Below, one piece after another: positions 45,476 through 53,111 of a stretch of DNA of 61,268 bases. Made by a program: the position numbers and the translations under genes. This stretch comes from Rickettsiales bacterium (GTDB taxonomy: Bacteria; Pseudomonadota; Alphaproteobacteria; Rickettsiales; SXRF01), in NCBI GenBank assembly GCA_947459535.1, contig CANHDY010000002.1:1-61268 (forward strand), given 5' to 3'. Below the pieces are notes generated by a model. The model saw only the letters and a program-made list of their open reading frames with translations, did not search any database and was not told where the DNA came from. Positions within the stretch are counted from its first letter, which is position 1. Each line of letters starts with the position of its first letter.

Positions 45476-46633
45476 ATGGCTAAAAGTAAATACACATTCC
45501 ACGAGGATTTCAGCGGATCGGGCATGGCTCGGCTCGGCTTGGGCGATGCGTGGCAATGTGTTCGCGCCTGCGATATTGATGTTAAGAAATGCCGCGCCTA
45601 CCGAGAAAACTTTGGTGACGATCATCTGTATGAAGGCGATATCGCCAATGTAAATGTTCTTGGTGCAAAACCTGCGCGCCTTGCTTGGGCAAGTTTTCCT
45701 TGTCAGGATACGTCGCTGGCGGGCGGATATGCAGGACTTGCTGGTGAGCGCAGCGGCATGTTTTGGGCATGGATGCGTATCGTTGAAGGTATGGCCAATG
45801 CTGGAAAGCCGTTCGATATCGTGTGCGTGGAAAATGTGCGGGGGTTGTTAACCTCCAATGCAGGCACCGATTTCGCAGCAATTTGTGAAGCGCTGGCTAA
45901 GGCTGGTTATTGGATCGGATCGGCGGTGATTGATGCTTCCGATTTCTTGCCGCAGAGCCGTGAGCGTCTTTTTGTGGTAGGTATCCGGCTTGATAAGCGT
46001 CATCTCGATACCATCGTTTCAAAATCCCCCAATCCTTACTGGCATCCAGAATCCATGCTGCGTGCCTACGAGCATCTTACTAAGCGCGCGCGGGATAAAT
46101 GGTTCTGGCTCGAAATGCCTAAGCCCTCCTCAAAGCGCCTAACGCTTGAAGATATCATAACCGATCAGGCCGAAGGCGTAGAGTGGCACACTGCCGAGCA
46201 GACCGACCGCTTGATTGGCATGATGTCAGAAGAAAACCGTCGCAAACTCCGCGAACAGCAAGCCACTGGCAAACGATCCATCGGCACGTTATATAAACGT
46301 GTTCGCAACGGCCAGCAGCGCGCCGAGGTACGGTTCGATGGCATCGCTGGATGTCTGCGTACTGCCACAGGCGGCAGCAGCCGCCAAACCGTCATGATCG
46401 TGGAAGGCAAGAAAGTTCGCTCACGGTTGCTTGCGCCGCGTGAGGCCGCACGCCTCATGGGACTGCCGGATCACTATAAATTGCCGCAAAAATATAATGA
46501 TGCGTACCAGCTCTGCGGCGATGGTGTAGCAGTGCCGGTCGTGCGTTTCCTCGCAAAGACAGTATTTGAGCCGGTATTGGCGCGGATTGACGCATCGGAA
46601 GCCAAGAATTCCTCAGTTTTAGCAACTGCATAA
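45476..46633 (+). CDS. DNA (cytosine-5)-methyltransferase
   Basis: Motifs FSGSGM (I), FPCQDTSLAG (IV), ENVRGL (VI), QSRERLFVVG (VIII), REAARLMGLPDHY (IX), GDGVAVPV (X). Confidence 0.9.
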   Translation: MAKSKYTFHEDFSGSGMARLGLGDAWQCVRACDIDVKKCRAYRENFGDDHLYEGDIANVNVLGAKPARLAWASFPCQDTSLAGGYAGLAGERSGMFWAWMRIVEGMANAGKPFDIVCVENVRGLLTSNAGTDFAAICEALAKAGYWIGSAVIDASDFLPQSRERLFVVGIRLDKRHLDTIVSKSPNPYWHPESMLRAYEHLTKRARDKWFWLEMPKPSSKRLTLEDIITDQAEGVEWHTAEQTDRLIGMMSEENRRKLREQQATGKRSIGTLYKRVRNGQQRAEVRFDGIAGCLRTATGGSSRQTVMIVEGKKVRSRLLAPREAARLMGLPDHYKLPQKYNDAYQLCGDGVAVPVVRFLAKTVFEPVLARIDASEAKNSSVLATA

Positions 46634-46678
46634 TCCGTTGTAGCGGACTGAAAATAAATCGGTTAATCTCTGCCGATT

Positions 46679-47413
46679 ATGTCATCAAACTCACGTTCGC
46701 CATCCTCCGCCATCGATACTGTCGAAATGCCTTTCGACACCAATGCTCTGCGCAAAGGTTTAAAGTCATTCCTCGATCAGCCGGTGAGCGATCCGCGCGC
46801 GCCCAACGTCAAGCGCCTGGGCGGCTATAAGTTCGGCGTATACGCGTTTTACGATTATGATGATGAGCCGATCTATGTCGGCCAGACCCGCGAGAAACTT
46901 TCTGGTCGCATCGGCAGGCATCTCACCAACCAGCGCACTGATGCGGTGGCAATGAATGTGCTTGATCCTTACGAGGTTTATGCCGTGGCAGTATGGCCGT
47001 TGCCAGAATTCGAAGCGCGGTCGGGCAGTGATGCTGAAGTGAAAGCGCACCTTAATGCGCTCGAAGCAGCCGTATTCAATCAGCTGATGAAGGAATCAAA
47101 ATTCAGTGCTGTGCTGAATGAAAAAATCCCGCTCTTTGGCAAAGCTATCAAACCACCCAAGCCTTTTAAGGGAGTGATCATCAGTGATGAAGTGCGCGAT
47201 ATTCGTGGCCATCCCGATGTGCGCCTTGCACGCCGCGCTGCCACTATTGCGCGCCTGTCGCAAGTCATCTGCGAACGTGGCGACGTTCAGCCCGGACTGC
47301 GCCGCACGTTGCTGGTTCAGGCCGAGCGGCTCATGTGGCTTGCCAAAGAGCGCTATAAGCCGTTCGAGGCGCAAGCCATCGCGGAAGATGCGAATAAAGA
47401 CGAGGAATCGTAA
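46679..47413 (+). CDS. GIY-YIG domain nuclease (candidate restriction endonuclease)
   Basis: GVYAFYD-x5-PIYVGQT-x8-RIGRH, then LEAAVFNQL and LNEK (candidate Glu and Asn positions). The C-terminal ~100 aa are unassigned. Confidence 0.65.
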   Translation: MSSNSRSPSSAIDTVEMPFDTNALRKGLKSFLDQPVSDPRAPNVKRLGGYKFGVYAFYDYDDEPIYVGQTREKLSGRIGRHLTNQRTDAVAMNVLDPYEVYAVAVWPLPEFEARSGSDAEVKAHLNALEAAVFNQLMKESKFSAVLNEKIPLFGKAIKPPKPFKGVIISDEVRDIRGHPDVRLARRAATIARLSQVICERGDVQPGLRRTLLVQAERLMWLAKERYKPFEAQAIAEDANKDEES

Positions 47414-48846
47414 TGAGCATAGTCGAAAGCATCGAGAAGAATGTTGATAAGGTTGATTCGGCTCAAAAAGCTGTATTGCAGCGCATTCTGGACGCAGTTG
47501 ATTCCGCAAACCAAAAATTTAATATCGTTGAGCCATCCACTCAAAACGGGGAGAGCATAAATAGCGTTAAAGCGCGGCTTGTTTCAGCATTAGGCATGTT
47601 CAGGGGACTTGCAGCGGATGATGTTAATTTCACGCTTGTACCGTTTGCGTACCTGAACAATCTGGACGGACAACTTGTAAAGATATCTGCAGAACTAGAA
47701 AAAATTACTTCTGCTTTTAGCCAGATAGAAGCCAATGGTGGTATTGGCAGCATCAATCCATCTAATCAAACCATTACCAGTCAGAATGGACAGTTCAACT
47801 TTGATTTCACGCCTGTTTTTAATGCAATCGATACGCTTACCGATAATGCTCTGGACAGCTATTACAGAATCGGTTTCGTAATTGATAAGCCTGATTATTC
47901 GCAGATCGCAGCGATTACTGATGAGTTTACTGAAGTCCTTAATGACCTTGCGAAGAAGAAGAGTGAGCTGAGTGAAATTGCAAAATCATCAAACGATCTG
48001 AAGAAGAAAATTGAGAAGGCGAGTTCAGACACTGAATCGCAGTTTAAATCGGCAGAAGAGCTTGTAAAGCAAATCAACACCACCAAAACCCAAGCAGATA
48101 CTGCTGTAGCTAAGATAAACGAAATTGCTGATAAAGGAAATGCACAGGCTCCAGTAATTGAGCAGGTGTATCAAAAAGCTATAAGCCTCAAGAAGGATAT
48201 AGATGGCTACGAGCAGCAATTTAATAAATTCCAAACGGAGCTGGATACCAGACTCAAAAACTATACTGAAGGAAACACTCAGCTTGAACAATTGTTGAAG
48301 TCACTTCGTGAGCAAGAAGAGAAGATCAAATCAATCAATGAAGAGGCTAAATCTGCATTGAATTATGCTACTGTAGCGGGGTTAGCAAAAGGGTTCGGTG
48401 ACAGAAAAGATAATCTTTCTTCCGAGCAAGATACAGCTTTCAAGTCATTCAAAAATTCGCTTTGGTTATTCTTTTTCTCATCACTCATTCCTCTGGGCTA
48501 TCTTGCTTACAAAATTACCACAGGCGGTAAAATCGAGATTGAAGAGTTGTCGATGGCGCTATTGCCCGTAATCCCAGCAATAGTCTTCACCAAATTTGCG
48601 GCCAGCAAACATAATAACCTTTTCAAACTGCGTGAGCACTACGCACACAAATTTGCTGTGTCCTTCTCTCTGAAAGGCTTTAAAGATGAAATTAAGCCTG
48701 AAAACCAGCAGGGCATCGTGGAGGCAACATTCAAAGACCTTGCGGTTCATAATCCTGCAAATTCGATTGATAACCGAGATGGTGGAGAGAAGCACCCGTT
48801 ACCTTTCTGGGATTCAATCACCGGTTTCTTTTCGCCACGTAAGTAG
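47413..48846 (+). CDS. coiled-coil protein with C-terminal two-TM module, function unknown
   Basis: The ATG overlaps the upstream stop (TAATG). Long K/E/Q/S-rich helical region, then TM segments SLWLFFFSSLIPLGYLAY and LSMALLPVIPAIVFTKFAA. Visibly A+T-rich. Confidence 0.6.
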   Translation: MSIVESIEKNVDKVDSAQKAVLQRILDAVDSANQKFNIVEPSTQNGESINSVKARLVSALGMFRGLAADDVNFTLVPFAYLNNLDGQLVKISAELEKITSAFSQIEANGGIGSINPSNQTITSQNGQFNFDFTPVFNAIDTLTDNALDSYYRIGFVIDKPDYSQIAAITDEFTEVLNDLAKKKSELSEIAKSSNDLKKKIEKASSDTESQFKSAEELVKQINTTKTQADTAVAKINEIADKGNAQAPVIEQVYQKAISLKKDIDGYEQQFNKFQTELDTRLKNYTEGNTQLEQLLKSLREQEEKIKSINEEAKSALNYATVAGLAKGFGDRKDNLSSEQDTAFKSFKNSLWLFFFSSLIPLGYLAYKITTGGKIEIEELSMALLPVIPAIVFTKFAASKHNNLFKLREHYAHKFAVSFSLKGFKDEIKPENQQGIVEATFKDLAVHNPANSIDNRDGGEKHPLPFWDSITGFFSPRK

Positions 48847-48907
48847 ATGCATATCAGCACAAAACAGATGCAGGCGCAGTCATGTCAGCACCATATCAAC
48901 AATAGGC

Positions 48908-49000
48908 TTGGAAATGTTTGGAAATGTGCGTAGATTGACCTCGTGCCGCTAGGGGCTGAAACCCGCTGATTTTGGTATTGTTTGGCATTTATTGTTATTG
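48908..49000 (+). repeat. five TTGGWAWTGT-like 10-mers, candidate integrase arm-type sites
   Basis: TTGGAAATGT occurs twice in perfect tandem (48908-48927). TTGGTATTGT / TTGGCATTTA / TTGTTATTGT follow in tandem (48971-49000). Confidence 0.35.
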
Positions 49001-49021
49001 TCAATCAATAACTTAAATGGC

Positions 49022-49066
49022 TTTCGTAATGCGTAGGTCGCAGGTTCGACTCCTGTAGACGGCACC
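49022..49066 (+). pseudogene. 3' half of tRNA-Thr(CGU), from anticodon loop to CCA; putative att core
   Basis: TTCGTAA (anticodon CGT), TGCGT, variable AGGTC, T-arm GCAGG-TTCGACT-CCTGT, acceptor AGACGGC, then A-CCA. No matching 5' acceptor strand, D-arm or 5' anticodon-stem strand lies upstream. Confidence 0.7.
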
Positions 49067-49132
49067 ATTTACTTTCTAATTTGGCTGTGTCATAAGTGAT
49101 TGAATCCTCAGCAGTGTTGAGCACGAGCGTAT

Positions 49133-50026
49133 ATGTCATCAACAAGCAAGCCGAATTTTACTGCGTGGTTTGTTATGCAGGGGGTTCTTGCGACGCTGCA
49201 TCATCCAGATTACCGAGATGCATCCAACAATGAATTGGTTAGGCTTTATGAGCCGCTGGCAAAAATTGCAAGTAAAACAAGACTCATCAGCCGTCTTATA
49301 GATAGCCTGCCTTATTCGTTTCAATATCGCATTGGTCAGTGGGTGACGAACCCTAGTCGTCTAAGACACTTTCTTTTCAGAAAAAAAGAAATAGAAAAGC
49401 AGTCAAGAGAACTGCTTGCTGAAGGTGGTGTGACACAGGTGGTGGTACTGGGCGCAGGGCTTGATTTGCTCGCACTGCGTCTGGCTGGCGAATATCCGGG
49501 CGTGAATTTTATTGAAATCGATACATTTGAATCACAATCATTCAAGGTTGCCAGCCTACAAAAAATTCCTACCCAACTGCCTGCCAATCTTGAATTTATC
49601 GAAGGCGATCTGCAAAACCCGCTGGAGGGTATCCTTAAACCGTCGCGCCTCCATGATCCGAAAGCTAAGACATTATGGATTGCCGAGGGGTTCTTTATGT
49701 TTGTATCGCAAGAAGCTGTTCAGGCACTGCTTGAAGGCATTCAACGTATTTCAGTAGCCGGTTCCCATTTGATCATGACAACGCTTGTACAGGCGCGCCC
49801 CAGCGGATTGATCAAGCATAGCATGTGTGATTTCTTTATGCGCCGCGAACAATCCCCTTATCGCTGGTTTATGGGGCCGGCGGATGTAGGGGGCTTTGTG
49901 GGTGGGTTTGGATTTGGCATTAGCCGGCAGATGCCGTACCGCGCGCTACACAGCCAGTATTCTACACATACGGTAATGCCCGAGCCGCTTGAAGAAATGA
50001 TCCATTTACTCAAACTAAGTAAGTGA
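49133..50026 (+). CDS. class I SAM-dependent methyltransferase (leucine carboxyl / O-methyltransferase-like family)
   Basis: VVVLGAGLDLLALRL, FIEIDTFES and WIAEGFFMF motifs. Confidence 0.65.
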   Translation: MSSTSKPNFTAWFVMQGVLATLHHPDYRDASNNELVRLYEPLAKIASKTRLISRLIDSLPYSFQYRIGQWVTNPSRLRHFLFRKKEIEKQSRELLAEGGVTQVVVLGAGLDLLALRLAGEYPGVNFIEIDTFESQSFKVASLQKIPTQLPANLEFIEGDLQNPLEGILKPSRLHDPKAKTLWIAEGFFMFVSQEAVQALLEGIQRISVAGSHLIMTTLVQARPSGLIKHSMCDFFMRREQSPYRWFMGPADVGGFVGGFGFGISRQMPYRALHSQYSTHTVMPEPLEEMIHLLKLSK

Positions 50027-50084
50027 AGCTTGAGTGGTGCAATTTTTTGTGTTACATAGGTAAAAATTACCCATTGCCCAATAC

Positions 50085-50128
50085 TTAATAGGTTGTTAAC
50101 AGAATAATTATTGTTAATAGATTTTTAA
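50085..50128. promoter_or_regulatory. two perfect TTAA-N7-TTAA (CtrA-type) boxes
   Basis: TTAATAGGTTGTTAA (50085-99) and TTAATAGATTTTTAA (50114-28), upstream of the acyltransferase gene. Confidence 0.45.
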
Positions 50129-50134
50129 TTTTTT

Positions 50135-50175
50135 GGCGGTTGGAGGCTACATGGCGGCGGTTGGAGGCTACATGG
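50135..50175 (+). repeat. perfect 20-nt direct repeat with 21-nt period
   Basis: GGCGGTTGGAGGCTACATGG at 50135-54 and again at 50156-75. Confidence 0.85.
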
Positions 50176-50183
50176 AGACGGAA

Positions 50184-50912
50184 ATGAATGCGAAAGAAAA
50201 AACTTCGCAGGGACTTCTTGAGTCGATGCAAGATGCGCTGATTCGTCGCTTCAGTAAAGTTCCTAAGCCCCCAGAACCGGTTGTATTTGAGTTTACTAAT
50301 GATAAGTCGATGCTTCATCAATATTACCGATTACGCGACCAATTTTTTGGGCGTGATCTGGAGCATAGTGATGGTAGTGGTGGCGCCGATCTACACGATA
50401 AAATCAGCGATATATTGATTGTACGGCGCGGGAATCTGTTGATCGGTGCGTGCCGCCTTACGGTTCGTGAAGGTGATGAGAGCTTCCTTTTGCCGATGGA
50501 AACGGATGACTTTAATCTCAGGGATGCGTTTCCAGATCTCCCGCTAAACAAAGTCAGGCATGCTACAATCTCGAAGTTCGCCGTTTTAGAAGAGCATCGC
50601 CAGCAAGATATCCTCCATGGATTGTGCAAAATCATGTTTGAAAAGGTTGTTGCTGCCGACACACGCTATATCTTTGTGCGCACGACACGCATTCTGGCGC
50701 GTAACTGGCGGATGATTGCCAATAGTTTTGGCGCCCAACACACACGTATTTGCCATGAGGTTGAGGTGCCACCCATTCCTAACTTTGATGATAAACCCTA
50801 TCTGGTGATGTCGGATCTAACGGCGCTTTGCCAGCAGATGCACCCGAGAATTACGCCGCTGCAAAAAAAGAAGTTAGAGCTTGCTATTGCTAATGAAGCT
50901 GTTGACGCTTAA
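50184..50912 (+). CDS. GNAT-fold N-acyltransferase, LuxI/FeeM-like (tentative)
   Basis: YYRLRDQFFGRDL...D.HD...ILIVRRGNLLIGACRL...ISKFAVLEEHR resembles N-acyl amino acid or autoinducer synthase-like proteins. The start is uncertain: GGAG-N6-ATG at 50184 is preferred over the TTG at 50133. Confidence 0.5.
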   Translation: MNAKEKTSQGLLESMQDALIRRFSKVPKPPEPVVFEFTNDKSMLHQYYRLRDQFFGRDLEHSDGSGGADLHDKISDILIVRRGNLLIGACRLTVREGDESFLLPMETDDFNLRDAFPDLPLNKVRHATISKFAVLEEHRQQDILHGLCKIMFEKVVAADTRYIFVRTTRILARNWRMIANSFGAQHTRICHEVEVPPIPNFDDKPYLVMSDLTALCQQMHPRITPLQKKKLELAIANEAVDA

Positions 50913-52954
50913 AATCGAATAGTTAGGTTTCCATAGACACTCCTGCCGATTTCGGCGGGGCGGCTGTAGAGAAACGGTGTGAATTCCTGCTTGCGGCTGA
51001 CCAAAAGATTCTGTCCAACTAGGCTAAACTCCATGCCTTTGTGGATTTCGTAAGCAAGGCGCGAGTCAAACCTAACAATCGGCGAAATATCGATGCCAGC
51101 TTTGCGGCCAATATAGTAAATGGAGTTGCTGATCTCCAAACCATTATCAAACTGGTAATTTGAGCGGAGGTTAAACTGGTTTTTGGGTTGCCGACCCCAA
51201 TCAATATTGGTGGGTGAGGACTTTGTATCAAACGCTAAGTTGATGTAGCTGTAGGTAGCAGTCAGCTGCCAATTATTTTCAGGGTTCCATTTGCCCGATA
51301 ACTCAATGCCGTTCGAGCGCGCCTTGTTGCCATTGATGGTTTTGACTGGCAATATGTCAAAAGCTCCCGGCGCGTAGTTCGTAAAATCAAGTACATCCCT
51401 AAAAATGTTATCATAATCGTGGTAGAATATCGCTACATCGATCGATGAGCGCTTATCCGGTTGGATGCGATAACCTAGCTCATAAGCGATCATTTCTTCT
51501 GATTTCAGATCACGATTAGGCTGGCTGCGAATCAGTAGAGGATTGGCGCCCAGACCCCCGGTCGGGTTAACGGTGTAAGACAGGGTGCCATCATCGGTAA
51601 AGCGGCTGGGTGTGTGCACAGCGCGCGATACGGAGGACCACATCATCTGATCATTATCGATCAGCCAAGACAATCTCGAACTAGGCTGAACTTCAATGCC
51701 GGTATAATCGTTATGTTCCAGCTTGGTGCCAAGCGTTAGGAAAAGTTTATCGCGCGATAATGCGAAACGATCCTGCACAAAAGCACTAAACAGATTGTCA
51801 TTTCTTGTCTTTGGCGAGAGAGAATACTGTGCCGATGAAGGATTATTTTCGCTATTGATCAGCCTGTAGCCACCACCCCACACGATTTCGTGACGATCCC
51901 AACCTGTCCATATGTTTTGCAAATCAATATCAAAGGTGTTGGCTTCGTCATTGAAAAAGCTGGTGCTGAGATCGACATTGTCGATGTAAGCCTGCACAGT
52001 GGTATTTGATTCTTCATTGTGCCGTTGGTCATAACGGGCAAGGATATTGAAGCCAGTATTGTCTCTGCCGCTGGCAAGGGAGCTGCCGGTTGCTGAGTTG
52101 ACATCGGGGATATCATAATTGACGTTGCGATCAACGATGTAGGCATCGCCTTGCAGCGTGAGCTTGCCGGTCTCAGAAATTTTGGAATCACTTCTGAATC
52201 CGGCTTGGCTTTTTTTCCAGTTATCATTGGCGCTATCGCCGCTACGGGTAAACTGGGAGTTATATTGTGTTTGTTTGGCATAGATACGAGCATAGTCCTC
52301 GTCACCGGTTTTAAACCCATAACGAACTGATCCGATGCCTTGGATCTGGTTGCCGGCGCTTAAGCTTGCATAGCCTTCCTGAGTATCGGCTGCGTTTTTG
52401 GTTATAATATTGATCACGCCGTTCACCGCATTGGCGCCCCACAGCGTCGCACCCGGGCCACGGATCACCTCAATGCGCTCGATATCTTCAAGCAAGGTGT
52501 CCTGTTGATCCCAGATCACACCGGAAAAGAGAGGCGAATAAATGGTTCTGCCATCCATGAGCACTAGCAACTTGTTGGCAAATTGATTGACGCCGCCGCG
52601 CACGCTTACTGTCCAGTCGCCGGCGCCTGCCTGTGTTACGGTGATACCGGGTGCCATGCGCAGGATATCCGGGAGAGTGGTTGAGCCGGAGCGGCGGATA
52701 TCTTCCTGCGTGATGACATAGATGGCAGCGGCAGCATCAGTTTCCAGCTCGGGTTTTTTGGAAACCGAGGTAACTTTGATTTTTGCCAGATCTTCCAGCG
52801 ATAGATCATAGTCGCTTTCTTCAATGCTCGCGGTTGCCCGCGCATCAGGTGTGGAGAGTGCGGTGAGGAGAATTGCGATTGCTGTGGCGGTCGACAAAGA
52901 CTGCGTCGAAAAGACAGACGCCCTGTTGAAAGCTGGAAGTGTTCTGCTCAGCAT
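50909..52954 (-). CDS. TonB-dependent outer-membrane receptor
   Basis: Signal peptide, plug motif IYVITQEDIRRSGSTTLPDILRMAPGITV, and C-terminal ...YGNLTIRF. Confidence 0.9.
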   Translation of the reverse strand: MLSRTLPAFNRASVFSTQSLSTATAIAILLTALSTPDARATASIEESDYDLSLEDLAKIKVTSVSKKPELETDAAAAIYVITQEDIRRSGSTTLPDILRMAPGITVTQAGAGDWTVSVRGGVNQFANKLLVLMDGRTIYSPLFSGVIWDQQDTLLEDIERIEVIRGPGATLWGANAVNGVINIITKNAADTQEGYASLSAGNQIQGIGSVRYGFKTGDEDYARIYAKQTQYNSQFTRSGDSANDNWKKSQAGFRSDSKISETGKLTLQGDAYIVDRNVNYDIPDVNSATGSSLASGRDNTGFNILARYDQRHNEESNTTVQAYIDNVDLSTSFFNDEANTFDIDLQNIWTGWDRHEIVWGGGYRLINSENNPSSAQYSLSPKTRNDNLFSAFVQDRFALSRDKLFLTLGTKLEHNDYTGIEVQPSSRLSWLIDNDQMMWSSVSRAVHTPSRFTDDGTLSYTVNPTGGLGANPLLIRSQPNRDLKSEEMIAYELGYRIQPDKRSSIDVAIFYHDYDNIFRDVLDFTNYAPGAFDILPVKTINGNKARSNGIELSGKWNPENNWQLTATYSYINLAFDTKSSPTNIDWGRQPKNQFNLRSNYQFDNGLEISNSIYYIGRKAGIDISPIVRFDSRLAYEIHKGMEFSLVGQNLLVSRKQEFTPFLYSRPAEIGRSVYGNLTIRF

Positions 52955-53011
52955 GGGTACTACACTTTTGCAGGGATAATTGAACTAGACAATGCAAATA
53001 GTTGATTAAGC

Positions 53012-53026
53012 TTAAAAAAAGATTAA
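53012..53026. promoter_or_regulatory. perfect TTAA-N7-TTAA (CtrA-type) box upstream of the TonB-dependent receptor gene
   Basis: TTAA-AAAAAGA-TTAA, about 60-70 nt upstream of the ATG at 52954 (minus strand). Confidence 0.35.
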
Positions 53027-53111
53027 TTGAGGCGAGGTGCTGCCCTCATCGCTGAAAATTCAGATATTATGCGTCATTTTTGGCGCAGTTGTGATAAAGC
53101 TGGCTTTGTTT

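Larger units (their letters stand above)
7116..49066. mobile_element. integrated temperate siphovirus-like prophage (~42 kb), with lambda-like head and terminase, GTA-like distal tail, cargo genes, and integrase near the right end
   Basis: Continuous set of lysis, tail, head, terminase, methyltransferase, replication/regulation and integrase genes. The right border is set at a 45-nt tRNA-Thr 3' half. The left border is set only by the last phage gene and a terminator; no second att copy was found by eye. Confidence 0.7.

Noticed and set aside
48990-49066. A complete tRNA or a tmRNA (including a two-piece alphaproteobacterial ssrA) at the tRNA-like sequence
   Set aside because: No 5' acceptor strand (GCCGTCT), D-arm or 5' anticodon-stem strand is present upstream. 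The acceptor end GGC-A-CCA is incompatible with the G1-G2-G3:U70 alanine identity required of tmRNA.
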